A stretch of 63,111 bases of DNA, counting the filler, from Chiloscyllium plagiosum (taxonomy: Eukaryota), in NCBI RefSeq assembly GCF_004010195.1. It is 5 parts of one record of this genome, joined end to end, with 100 filler letters (N's around TTAATTAATTAA, not from the genome) between each part and the next. Parts side by side here need not be neighbours in the genome. Positions count along the whole stretch, not along the records: positions 29,979 to 41,870 come from NC_057717.1; positions 41,971 to 54,862 come from NC_057717.1; 3 more parts are not named here. One strand, written 5' to 3'. Below the pieces are notes generated by a model, which was not told where the DNA came from, searched no databases, and saw only the letters and a program-made list of their open reading frames with translations. A program made the translations under genes and the position numbers. Shown here piece by piece: positions 37,490-49,451 of the stretch; within the stretch, counting starts at the first letter, position 1; each line of letters opens with the position of its first letter.

Positions 37490-40331
37490 TATCAGTCCCA
37501 TTTCCCTAACATGCAAAAGTAGAGCCACAAATCAAGATTGGAAAGCTAAGCGATGATCAAACCACTACAGTGTACCCCATGTGCAGGGCTATTTTATCCC
37601 ATTATGTGTCAATTTGCCGATGTGGAGATTTTAAAGAATCGATGAGCAAATTTTTGAAGCCAGGAATATAACCAATCCATCACATTGAGGGCTTGTCTGG
37701 AAAACCACAGATGCCCTGTCCTTTACAAAGCTGAATATGAGGCATACGAACATGGCATTGCCCTTCAGTGAGGATTCCCTTAAATATGCTACAGTTGATA
37801 CCCATAAGGGGTGTAACCACTGTACTTGAATGCCTTTGTTTTGGGATATCATCAGCCTTTGAATCGTTCTAGTGAATGATGGAGAACAGTTTACAAGGTT
37901 TACCCATGGTCCCTATTTATCTGAAGATTTTCTAATCACTGGGAAGTTCAATAAAGATCATTTAATGTTTGTCCAAGTCTTTAGGAGGAAAACAAATGTG
38001 TTCCAAGGCACCCCAAGTGATGTAATTGAGCTACAGCATGGACAAGTGGGTAGCACACATTGAAAGATAAGCAAGGGCGATCAAGGGTTCATCGGCTCCC
38101 ACGTCTGCACCGGAGCTTCAGTCTTTCCTTGAGTTGGTGAAGTATGACGGAAAATTGTGTAATCTCCTGGCCTCCATTTTGGCAGCTGACATTTGACATT
38201 CAGAAAGGGCCAGCTTTGCAAATACTCACGTCACCAAGAAGAACCCTTACGGGAATTGAAAAAGCGGCTATCATCATTTAATGTCTTGGCGCAGAATGAT
38301 CTCCAGTGAGATGTGCCGCTGACGTGTGAAGCCTCACCATATGGTATCCAGTTACTGCTGGTTCACTGACAGAGAGGACTGCCTGATAGTATGTGCTTCC
38401 CAGAGTTTAGCTGATACTGAATGGGTCAGCTTTGCAAATAGTCACATTGCCAAGAATTAGCCTTTTGGGAATTGAACAAGCAGCTCTCTTCATTTAATGT
38501 TTCGGCACAGAATAATCCCCAATGAGCTGTGGTGCTGACATGCAAAGCTTCCACATATGGTATCAAGTTCCTGTTCACTCACTGACAGCTCAGCAGAGGA
38601 GTGCCCAATTGTATATGTTTTCCAGACTTTAGCTGATGATGAATGGAGATCTGTCCAGTTATGGAAGGAGCAATTGGTGGTAAACTTTTGTGCGAGAAAG
38701 TTCAACCAATGCCTTTCTGCATATAAACATGAAATAGTAATAGACCACAAAACTGTGCTTGAGTTACCATACGAGGACAGCGCCATCCCACTTTTAGCTT
38801 CAGATGAAATTGCAAGGTGAGCTCTTATTCTGAGTGCCTGCAATTACAAGTTGGAACACCATCCAGGCAGTCAAGTAATGGATGCCGAAAGCCAATTCCC
38901 AATGGTGGATATGCCATGACAGGTGCCATCTGTTGTGAGTATCTGGTGTTTGGACGTGTTGGTCACAGATAATGGGCATTCACTTGCCAGCAGGGAGTAT
39001 TGAGTATTTGCTAAAGTCGACTGGCATTCAGCATGCAATGACAGCTGTATACATTGTCTGGTAGTCTGTCGTAAAACACAATTCAATCATTGAAGTCAAG
39101 GTTAAGAAACAGCCTACAAGTGGCATGGATAGGGTAAATACACAAACTCTTTTCCCTGTGGTCGGGGTGTCCAGAACTAGAAGGCATAGGTTTAGGGTGA
39201 GGGGTGACAGATATAAAAATGACGTAAGGGGCAGCTTTTTCATACATATACGGAATGAGCTGCCAGAGAAAGTGGTGGAGCCTGGTACAATTACAACATT
39301 TGAGAGGCATTTGGATGGGTATATGAATAGGAACGGTTTGGAGGAATATGGGCCCAGGTGCTGGCAGGGGGACGAGATTGGGTTGGGATATTTAGTTGGC
39401 ATGGACGGGTTGGACTGAAGGGTCTGTTTCCATGCTGTACATCTCAATGACTCTAACTGGATCCCAAACTTTTCCAGTTTCTTTTTGATTATAGAAATAG
39501 CACTCATGCAACTGCAGGGTCAGCTCCACCAGAGATGCTGATGTAGAGAGGATTCCATATCAGGTTAAATCAGATCTTCCCAGACATTGTTCCGGGTGTG
39601 TAACGACATCAGGAATGCCAATGCCAGCCACAAGACTCCTCTTTGTGCAAGATGCTCTTAACGTCCTGGGACAAACTCTGCATTGGAACCATGAGATTGG
39701 CCCTGCATAGGAAAGAAGCATGGCCAAAGTGAGGACAGGTCTCAGATGTGCAATGTTTGGGTTGGAGAGGCGGTCCTAAACAAATCTGAAGATCATACGA
39801 CAGGTGTAACTTCACAAGTGGCCAGGAGCAAAACATACCCAGTCCCTGAAATCATCCGGCAAGGCTGTCTGAACCTGTCTGTTCTGCCCGTCCACCCAGT
39901 GTGGATGTAACCTCTGAGGGTGAGATGGACGCAGCAGATGTTGTAGCATTGATGCCATTGTCACCTGAGTAAGAAGATCAATGTTTTCTGAGATGCAAGA
40001 GATGGGCTGCAGTCCAAGCACAAGGTTGCATGAGCCAAGCTAGTGTCCAAGGAAGTACATCTCGTGGGAAAATGCCTTTGAAGATGCTACGAGAAAAAGA
40101 AGGGGTTATGTCCCAGGATGTAAAGCGGGATGGAGGTAATGATTGGAATGCGGCCAGCCAGTGAACCTCATTGAATATAATTTCTCAAGTTGTGCCTGGT
40201 AACCTGGTCCAGTCAGGGAGTCCTGTTTGACAGATGTGTCAGGATTCTGCTCACTCGAGGAGCCACCTTTATGAAAGCTAGGTCAGAATCATGTACTGTG
40301 CACGTGGAAATTCTTTGAATTGCATCCCACA
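37490..40331 (+). mobile_element. Gypsy LTR retrotransposon relic (RT-RH-IN and 3' LTR ~40135-40331), internally deleted
   Basis: TVDTHKG (RT) and RNase H VFQTLADDE...KEQLVVNFCARKFNQCL...DHKTVL...ASDEIAR*ALILSACNYKLEHHPG. VTDNG (integrase) at ~38960. An ~215-bp internal duplication at 38210-38640. Confidence 0.8.
39121..39454 (+). mobile_element. CR1 3' terminal fragment inside the Gypsy
   Basis: MDRVNTQTLFP...SRTRRHRFRVRGDRYKNDVRGSFF and an ATGACTCT tail. An inverted paralog lies at ~51641-51992. Confidence 0.85.
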
Positions 40332-40369
40332 GCAAATTATACTCAAGGAGTTCAGCAATACCTTGTCTT

Positions 40370-40980
40370 GGACGAAACAGATAAGTCTGATCTCCAGCTT
40401 AAGAAACAGGCTGCAGGTGCAAATGGCATTCCCACTGAGGCATTGAAGTGTAGAAGTACTGAGATCCCAATGCAGCTGCATGCCCTTGTCTGCCTTATCT
40501 GGAAGGAGGAGAGCTTCCCAGAAGAGCTCCAAGATGCCAAAGTTGTAAGTATTTTATGAAAAGATGAACAAGTCAGACTGTGGTAACTACAGAGGAATAT
40601 CCCTGATGTCAACCATTGGAAACGTATCCCAAAGTCCTTTTCAACTTTCTCTTCCCCGTGACTGAGGAAGTCCTCCCAGGATTTCAGTGTGGCTTTCAGC
40701 CAGAGAGTGATCCATTGAACATGATTTTCACTGCAGTATATGGCCTTCTGGGATCTTAAAAAGGCCTTTAACATCATTAACCTGGAAGTATTTTTGGAGC
40801 GTTCTTCGTTGCTTTATTTGTACCATAATGTTTGTCACCATCCTTCATCTGCTCCACAATGACGTGTAATTCATCAAAATGACAAACAGCTTTAACTCAT
40901 ACCCATTCACCCTCTCAACTGGTGTTGAGCAGGGTATGTCATCATTGCAGCACTTCCAAATCTACCTCATTGCTGGACTT
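40370..40980 (+). mobile_element. RTE-clade (BovB-like) LINE RT fragment
   Basis: QAAGANGIPTEALK...LHALVCLIWKEESFPEELQDAKVVSIL followed by TGTGGTAACTACAGAGGAATATCCCTG (CGNYRGISL) and GATCTTAAAAAGGCCTTT (DLKKAF). Confidence 0.7.
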
Positions 40981-41970
40981 TACTGCCGACAAGCTGCCCA
41001 CTTTTGATCCAAGGGGGCTTTAATTGTAGTCCTGAACCATTGCTGTCCCAGATGTTTTTGGTGGGGATCATTGTGAGTGATATGTTATTTTTAGTTGAAA
41101 TGTGCAGGTGTGCTTTCTCTGAATTTTAAACCGTTATTGTTCATTTCCCAGGAGTTTTCAATTGCAACAGAGCAATTGTTTTTTATTTGGTTGTAAAGAA
41201 CAAATGCTGAAGATCACAGCAGGTCAGAGAGCATCCACGAGAGAGGGCAGCTAGTATTTCAAGACCAAATGAGTCCTCATCAGAGCTGTTCGTGTGATGT
41301 TTAATTTGCTTGAGCATATTTTTATTTTGGCCCCCTGTAGCTCCTGCCCACAAGTAGTTGGTGGGGCAGGGAAAGCCAGTTTTTGCTTGTTAAACAAAAA
41401 AGACACAATTGCTTTGGCGAAAGCTAGAAAGAAATAAACAAAGTGAAAGCAGTTTAATTTCTGTTTTGAATGAGCACACCATTTTTCCCAGTGATGTATC
41501 TGTTCCAGGAATGTCTGATGCAGGCAGTAGCAGAGCATCTTGGTTTTATTTTTCCATTTCCATCTTTAGTTTTAAAAGAGTGGAGGGTCGTTTTGCAGAT
41601 TGGAGGCCTGTGACAAATGCAGAGATTAGTGCTGGGTGTAATGTCATTTTTCATTTCGGTAATGGATTGGAATGTGAATATAGTTATGAATGTCAAACGG
41701 CATCAGGAACATTAATGCCGGCCATAAAACTCCTCTTTGTGCATGAAGCAGTTTACTACATTGGACAAAATGTGCTGCTTAAACCATTGGAATGGCATGC
41801 ATGGGGAAGAGGCTTGGTTGAGGTAAAAGGAGAAAGTGAGGACTGCAGATGCTGGAGATCAGAGCTGAAANNNNNNNNNNNNNNNNNNNNNNNNNNNNNN
41901 NNNNNNNNNNNNNNTTAATTAATTAANNNNNNNNNNNNNNNNNNNNNNNNNNNNNNNNNNNNNNNNNNNN

Positions 41971-42612
41971 GGTTTTATAGTGGTCTGTCCCTGCCGCTTC
42001 TGGTTGTCAGTTTCAGCTGTCCGCTGTAGTGGTTGGTATATTGGGTCCAGGTCGATGTGTTTGTTGATGGAGTTTGTGGATGAATGCATGCCTCTAGGAA
42101 TTCCCTGGCTGTTCTCTGTCTGGCTTGCCCTATGATAGTAGTGTTGTCCCAGTCGAATTCATGTTGCTTGTTGTCTGCGTGTGTGGCTACTAAGGATAGC
42201 TGGTCGTGTTGTTTCGTGGCTAGTTGATGTTCATGTATGTGGATTGTTAGCTGTCTTCCTGTTTGTCCTATATAGTGTTTTGTGCAGTCGTTGCATGGTA
42301 TTTTGTACACTACATTCGTTTTGCTCATGTTGGGTATCGGGTCCTTCGTTCTGGTGAGTTGTCTGTGCGTGGCTGTTGGTTTGTGTGCCGTTATGAGTGC
42401 TAGGGGTCGCAGTAGTCTGGCTGTCAGTTCTGAGATGCTCCTGATGTATGGTAGTGTGGCTAGTCCTTTTGGTTGTGGTGTGTCCTCGTTCCGTGGTCTT
42501 TCTCTTAGGCATCTGTTGATGAAGTTGCGCGGGTATCCGTTTTTGGCGAATACCTTGTATAGGTGTTCCTCTTCTTCTTTTTGCAGTTCTGGTGTACTGC
42601 AGTGTGTTGTGG
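41971..42612 (-). mobile_element. Penelope-like element (family A): RT thumb and GIY-YIG endonuclease, 5'-truncated
   Basis: ORF 41975..42652 contains NGYPRNFI, LPYIRSISE, NVVYKIPCNDCTKHYIGQTGRQL..IHEH and AREFLEA. Same family as 12156-12921. Confidence 0.92.
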
Positions 42613-42649
42613 AAGCAGTGCGGAAGCAGGCCATTTGACAGAATAGGTC

Positions 42650-43990
42650 CACCCCATCAGTGCTATTCGCCTTGTGTGCAAAAGTAGAGTCATGAGCCTG
42701 GAGAGCTGAGGGATCATCAAACCACCGTAGTTTGCTATAGGAGCAGCGCTGTTGATACCCAATATTGGTCGAGTCGCATTTGTGGCAATTTGAAAGAAAT
42801 GCTGAGCCAGTTTTTGAAGCCAGATAAATAACCAGTAAATTTCATTGAGGAATTTTACGAGGAGAAAGTGAGGACTGCAGATGCTGGAGATCAGAGCTGA
42901 AAATGTGTTGCTGGAAAAGCGCAGCAGGTCAGGCAGCATCCAAAGAACAGGAGAATCGACGTTTCGGGCATAAGCCCTCCTTGGGTTGGTGAATTATTAC
43001 GAAAAATTCTTCAGGAAGGGCTTATGCCCGAAACGTCGATTCTCCTGTTCCTTGGATGCTGCCTGACCTGCTGCGCTTTTCCAGCAACACATTTTCAGTT
43101 CTGAGGAATTTTACACAAAAGTGCACGGGACCTGTTTGTCATGATGCTGGAAATGAGCCATGTGGATGTGCCATTGTGATTCAGTGATGATTCCCATAAA
43201 CATGCACCAATTAATACCCATGAGGGATGGAAACAATATACTTGACTGCCTGTCTTTGGGGTATCATCAGCCGGTGAACAGTTCCAGGAATGGGGGAGAA
43301 CTTTTTACAAGGTCTACTGTAAGTCGATATTTATCTGAATGATGTGCTAAATACAGTGACGAGCAATAAAAATGTGTTAATGTTTCTCCAAATCCTTCGA
43401 AAGGTAAAAAAAAATATGGATTCCAAGGCATCCCAACTGAACTCATTGAGCGTCAGCATCAACAACAGTGGGCTATACACATCCAACAATAACATGAGGG
43501 TATCCAAGGGTTCCTCAGTTCCCACATCTGTATCAGTGCTTTGGACTTTCCTTGGGTTGGTGAATTATTACGGAAAATTCAGTCATGAGCTGGCATTCAT
43601 TCTGGCAGCTTAGATTCGCTATTCAGAAAGGGCCAGCTTTGCAGATAGTCGAGTCACCAAGAAGTAGCCTTTCAGGAATTGAAAAAGCAGCTATTAGCAT
43701 TTGAAGTTTTGGCATAGTCTAATCCCTAGTGAGATGTGGTGCTGTCATGCGAAGGCTCCCCACACGGTATCCAGTTACTGCTGGCTCACCGACAGCTCAG
43801 CAGAGAGAACTGCTCAGTAGTATATCCTTCCCAGGCTTTGGCTGATGCCAAATGAAAATTCATCCAGAGCGAGAAGGAAAGTTTGGTGATAATCCTTTGT
43901 GTGAGAAAATGCATCCAACCAATACATTTAATTAATATGTTGCTACACATACGTTTGACGTAGTAATGCACCACAAACCCCTTCTAAGGC
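42650..43990 (+). mobile_element. Gypsy RT-RNase H relic (copy C)
   Basis: FLGLVNYYGKF and CACCACAAACCCCTTCTA (HKPLL). Aligns by eye with 37490-38760. Confidence 0.75.
42859..43101. mobile_element. Young palindromic PLE family B terminus insertion
   Basis: Near-perfect inverted arms. Exact 13-bp TSD TGAGGAATTTTAC at 42846-42858 and 43102-43114. Confidence 0.9.
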
Positions 43991-43994
43991 TACC

Positions 43995-44261
43995 CGATGA
44001 AGATATTAGGAAGAAGGTATAAAGGAGACATCAGAGGTAGGTTATTTACACAGAGAGTTGTGAAAGCATGGAATGCATTGCCAGTTGACATGGTGGAAGC
44101 AAAGTCATTGGGGACATTTAAGCGACTGCTGGACATGCACATGGATAGCAGTGAGTTGAGAGGTGCGTATGTTAAGTTACTATATTTTACATTAGGATTA
44201 AGTCTCAGCACAACACCATGGGCCTAAGGGCCTGTTTTGTGCTGTATGTTTCTATGTTCTA
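43995..44261 (+). mobile_element. CR1 3' terminal fragment
   Basis: GRRYKGDIRGRLFTQRVVKAWNALP and a TATGTTTCTATGTTCTA tail. Confidence 0.85.
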
Positions 44262-46760
44262 CCCTTCTAGCTCTCCTAAGTCCATTCTTCAATTTCTTCC
44301 TGGCTACCTTGGAACCCTCTACAGCCCTGCTGATCCTTGCCTCCTCAACCTCAAGCAAGCTTCCTTCTTCCTCTTAACTAGATGTCCCACATCCCTTCAG
44401 CAGAAGTGGGTACTGTAGATGTGGGAGATCAGAGTCAAGATTAGAGCGGTGCTGGAAAAGCACAGCAGGTCAGGCAGCATCCGAGGAGCAGAAAAATCAA
44501 CATTTCGGGCAAAAGTCCTTCATCAGGACTCTTGACTAGATGTTCCACATCCCTTGTCACCCAAGGTTCCTTCAACATATCATCCTTTCCTTACCTCAGT
44601 GGGACAAACCTGTCCAGCACTATCAGCAGGTGCTTTCTAAACAACCTCCACATTTCTGTCATGCATTTCCCTAATAACATCTGTTCCAAATTCAGGCGCC
44701 CCAGTTCCTGTCTAATAGCATTGTAATTCCTCCTCCCCCAATTAAATGCCTTCCTATACCGTCTGCTCCTATCTCTCTCCATGAGTATAGTAAATGTCAG
44801 GGAGTTGTGATCACTATCACTGAAAAGCTCTCCCACCGAGATTCTGGTTCATTGCAAAGCATCAAATCCAGTATGGCCTTGCCTCTATTTGGCCTATCTT
44901 CAAATAGATGAAATTTAGTACTGCAGAAGCTGAAAATTACAGTCAGGAGTGTGGTGCTGGAAAAGCGCAACAGGTCAGGCACCATCCGGGAAGCAGGAAA
45001 ACCGATGCTTTGAGCAAATGTTTTTGTCCAAAACATTGATTTTCCTGCTTCTGGGATGCTGCCAGACCTGCTGTGCTTTTCCAGCACCATGCTCTTGACT
45101 ATCTTCATATTGAGTCAGGAACCCATCCTGGACACGCCTGCCAAATACTGCTCCACCCAAACTATTTGAACTAAAGAAGTTATAATTAATATTTGGAAAG
45201 TTAAAATCACCATGACTACAACCCTGTCACTTCTGCATCTCCCCAAGATCTGCCTCTCAAACTGCTCCTCCATGTCTCTGTTGCTCCTGGTGAGCCTGTA
45301 GAAAACTCCCAATAAAGTGACTGCTCCTTTCCTGTTTCTGACTTCCACCCATACTGACTCAATGGACAAATCCTCCTCAATGAACTTTTCTGCAGCTGTG
45401 ATACTATCCTAATACTTCTTGCATTAAAATAGACACACTCAACCCATCACACTGACTGCCTCTATGCTCTATTCCTCCTCATAGACCCACTGCACACTGT
45501 ATCTGGCTGTTCACTACCTACTGCTTCATCTGATCTGTAGCTCAGGTTCCCACCCCCCTGCCTATCCAGTTCAAACCAACCCAAAGAGCTCTAGCAAACA
45601 CCTGCCCAGGAAATTGGTGCACCTCCAGTTCAGGCACAACCCATTTTTCTTGTACAGCTCCCACCTGCCCCAAAATGAATCCCAATGATCCACAAATCTG
45701 AAGACCTCCCTGCACACCAACCTTGCAGCCGCATGTTCATCTGAACTCGCACTCTATTCCTAGCCTCACAAGCATTTGGCACCATTAGCAGTCCTGATAT
45801 TACTACTCTGCTCGTCCTGCCTTCCAACTCCCTAACTCCCTATATTCCCTTTATAGGTACATACCCTTTCTCTACTATGTCATTGGTAGCGAAATGTACC
45901 ATGACTTCTGGTTGCTCTGTGTCCCCCTTAAGAATCCATGGACCCGATCTGAGACATTGCCGACCCTGGCACCCAGGAGCCAACATACCATCCTGGAGTC
46001 TCACTCACGACCATAGTCTCTCCTGTCCCTCTCACGATTCAATCTCCTATCACTATCGCTGTCCTTTCTCCCCCTTTTCCTTCTGAGCCACAGAGCCAGG
46101 CTCAGTGCCAGAAACCTGGTCACTGTGGCTTTCCCCTGGTAGATAATGCCCTCCAACAATATCCAAAATGGATATTGAGGGTTTCCTTATTACTGAGGGA
46201 GTCCCTGCACTGTCTGCCTATTCACATCTCCTGACAGTCACCCAGCTTCCTTTATCCTGCAATTTAGGTTGACTATCCTAATTTAGATATAACTCCTCTA
46301 TATCACCCCCTCAGCCTCCAAACTGATCTGAAGTTCATCCAGCTCCAGCGATCTGTGAGGAGCTGGAGTTGGGTGCACTTCTCACAGGAAAATTCACTAG
46401 AGGCACCAGAGGTGACCCTTACCTCCCACATCCTGCACATGGAGCATGCAACTGCCCTAGCCTTCTTCCTCTCTGCTCTAAATTGCCAAGAGAGATTGAA
46501 TAAGTGAAAAAAATCTTTACCTTACCAAACCTCCACACACGGTCTATTTTTTTGGTCGGATGAGGAGGATGTCGGGTGGGAGAGATTACATGTGTGGTGT
46601 CTCAGGTTTAGCCACAGCCTGAATATATCAGGTCATGTACCCAGCAATCCTCGTTTCCGCGTCCACTCCTGTTAAGCCTTCGCTCTGCTTATTCATGAGG
46701 TAAGTATTTAAGAGGAAAATTCACCTTCCCAGCAGACCCCTGAACTCTCCCTGCTCTTGC
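44262..46760 (-). mobile_element. CR1 LINE 5' half (ORF1 esterase + APE endonuclease), degenerate
   Basis: RVVISGLL..P.ACEARNR (ORF1), ESVWVEVRNRKGAVTLLGVFYR and SDSDHNSLTF (APE). Interrupted by PLE termini at 44398-44528 (27-bp flanking duplication) and 44906-45098 (12-bp TSD). Confidence 0.85.
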
Positions 46761-46807
46761 TTTTTCAATCCGACTAACCTAGAGTGTGCTGACAATATAC
46801 CACCACA

Positions 46808-48951
46808 GAGTCATACAGACATACAGCATGGAAGCAAACTGTTTGGTCCAACTTGTCCATGCGTTTAGGTATGCTAAATTAATGTAGTCCCATTTTCTGG
46901 CACTTGGCCCATATCCCCTTTAACCCTTCCTATTTATATACTCATCCAGATGCCTTTTAAATGTTTTAATTATACCAGCCTCCACTACTTCCTCTGGCAG
47001 CTCATTCTATACATACGCTATTCTCTGTGTGAAAAGGTTTCTCCTTGGCTCCTTTTTATATCTTTCGCTTCTCACCTTAAACCTATGCCATCTATTTCTG
47101 GACAGCCCCACTTCTGGGAAAAGACATTATCTATTTACCCGAATCATGGCCCTCATGATTTTATAAACCTCTATAAGGTCACCCCTTAGCCTTCAAAGCT
47201 CCAGGGAAATCAGCCTCAGCCTTTTCAGCCTCTACCTCTAGCTCAAGGCCTCCAACTTTGGCAACATTCTTGTAAATCTTTTCTGAACCTTTTCAAGTTT
47301 CACAACAGCCTTCCAATAGGAAGGAGACCAGAATTGCACACAATATTCCAAAAGTGGCCTAATCAATGTCCTGTACAGTCGCAACATGACCTCCCAACTC
47401 CTATACTCTATGATCCGACCAATAAAAGAAAGCATACTAAGTGCCTTCTTCACTATTCTATCTACCTATGACTCCACTTTCAAGGAACTATGAACTCCAA
47501 GGTCTCTTTGTTGAACTACACTGTCCAGGACTTACCATTAAATGTGTAAGTCCTGCCCTGATTTGTCTTTCCAAAATGCAGCACCTCACATTTATCTAAA
47601 TTAAATTCCATCTGCCACTACTTGGTCCATCTGATCAAGATCCTGTTGTACTCTGAGGTAGCCTTCTTTGCTGTCCATTACACCTCACATTTTGGTGGCA
47701 TCTGCAAACTTACTAACTATACCTCCAATGTTTGCATGCAAATCATTTATCTAAGTGATCAAAAGCAGTGGATCCAGTACCAATCCTTGTGGCACTCCAC
47801 TGGTCAGAGGCCTCAAGACTGAAAGGCAACCCTCCACCGTCACTCTCTGTCTTCTGCCGTCGAGCCAGTTCTGTATCCAAATGGCTATTACTCTCTCTCT
47901 TCCATGTGATCTAACCTTGCCAATCAGTCCACGATGAGGAACCTGATCAAGTGCCATATTGAAGTCCATACAGATCACATTCACCGCTCTGCCCTCATCA
48001 ATCCTCTATGTTACTTCTTCAAAAAGCTCGATCAAGTTAGGAAGACATAATTTACCATGCACAAAGCCTGACTATCTCTAATCAGCCCTTTCTTTTTAAA
48101 ATACTTGTAAATCCTGTCTCTCAGGGTTTCTTTCAAAAACTTGTCTACCACAATGAGAGATTCACCGGTCTATAATTCTCTGGCATTCCCTCATCACCTT
48201 TCTTAAATAGTGAATCATAGAATCCCCACAGTGTAAAAACAGTCCATTTGGACAAACACGTCCACAACAATTCTCTGAAGAGTAGCCCACTCAGACCTAT
48301 TCCCCTAACTAATGCACCTAACTTACACATCCCTGAACACCATCAGCAAATTAGCATGGCCAATTCACCTAACCTGCATGTATTTTGATTGTGGGAGGAA
48401 ACCAGACCGCCCAGAGGAAACCCGCACAGACACACCTGAGGCTGGAATCAAACCTGGATCCTTGGTGCTGTGAGGCAGCAGTGCTAACCACCATGCCGCC
48501 CCAGTGCTAACCACCATGCCGCCCCAAGTAGTGTCACCACGTTAGCCAATCACCAGTCTTTTGGCACCTCATCTGTGACTACTGATAAATCAAATATCTC
48601 ACAAGGGAGCCATTAATCATGTCCCTAGTTTCCCACAGAGTTCTAGGGTATATCTGATCACATTCTGGGGATTTATCTACCTTTATGTGTTTTAAAAAGT
48701 CTAGCACATCCTCCTCTGTAATATGGCCATTTTTCAAGATGTCACCATCTATTTCCCCACATTCCATGTCTTCCGTGTACATCTCCACATAAACACTGAT
48801 GCAAAATATGCATTTAGTATCTCCCCCATCTCCTGCAGTTCCACAGCTGCCTTGCTAATCTTTGAGGGGCCTACTCACTGCCTAGTTACCCTTTTGTCCT
48901 AAATGTATTTAATGAATCCCTTTGGATTCTGATTAACCCAATTTGCCAAAG
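46808..48951 (-). mobile_element. CR1 LINE ORF2 RT to 3' end, degenerate
   Basis: VDKSPECDQIYPRTL, MDFNMALDQVPH, TSGVPQGLVLDPLL and RPLLEYCVQFWSP. Confidence 0.9.
48213..48527 (-). mobile_element. HE1-type SINE inside CR1
   Basis: Reverse-complement SINE head (GTGAGGCAGCAGTGCTAACCAC) with a short tandem duplication of its 5' end. TAGTG on both sides. Confidence 0.8.
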
Positions 48952-49451
48952 NNNNNNNNNNNNNNNNNNNNNNNNNNNNNNNNNNNNNNNNNNNNNNNNN
49001 NNNNNNNNNNNNNNNNNNNNNNNNNNNNNNNNNNNNNNNNNNNNNNNNNNNNNNNNNNNNNNNNNNNNNNNNNNNNNNNNNNNNNNNNNNNNNNNNNNNN
49101 NNNNNNNNNNNNNNNNNNNNNNNNNNNNNNNNNNNNNNNNNNNNNNNNNNNNNNNNNNNNNNNNNNNNNNNNNNNNNNNNNNNNNNNNNNNNNNNNNNNN
49201 NNNNNNNNNNNNNNNNNNNNNNNNNNNNNNNNNNNNNNNNNNNNNNNNNNNNNNNNNNNNNNNNNNNNNNNNNNNNNNNNNNNNNNNNNNNNNNNNNNNN
49301 NNNNNNNNNNNNNNNNNNNNNNNNNNNNNNNNNNNNNNNNNNNNNNNNNNNNNNNNNNNNNNNNNNNNNNNNNNNNNNNNNNNNNNNNNNNNNNNNNNNN
49401 NNNNNNNNNNNNNNNNNNNNNNNNNNNNNNNNNNNNNNNNNNNNNNNNNNN

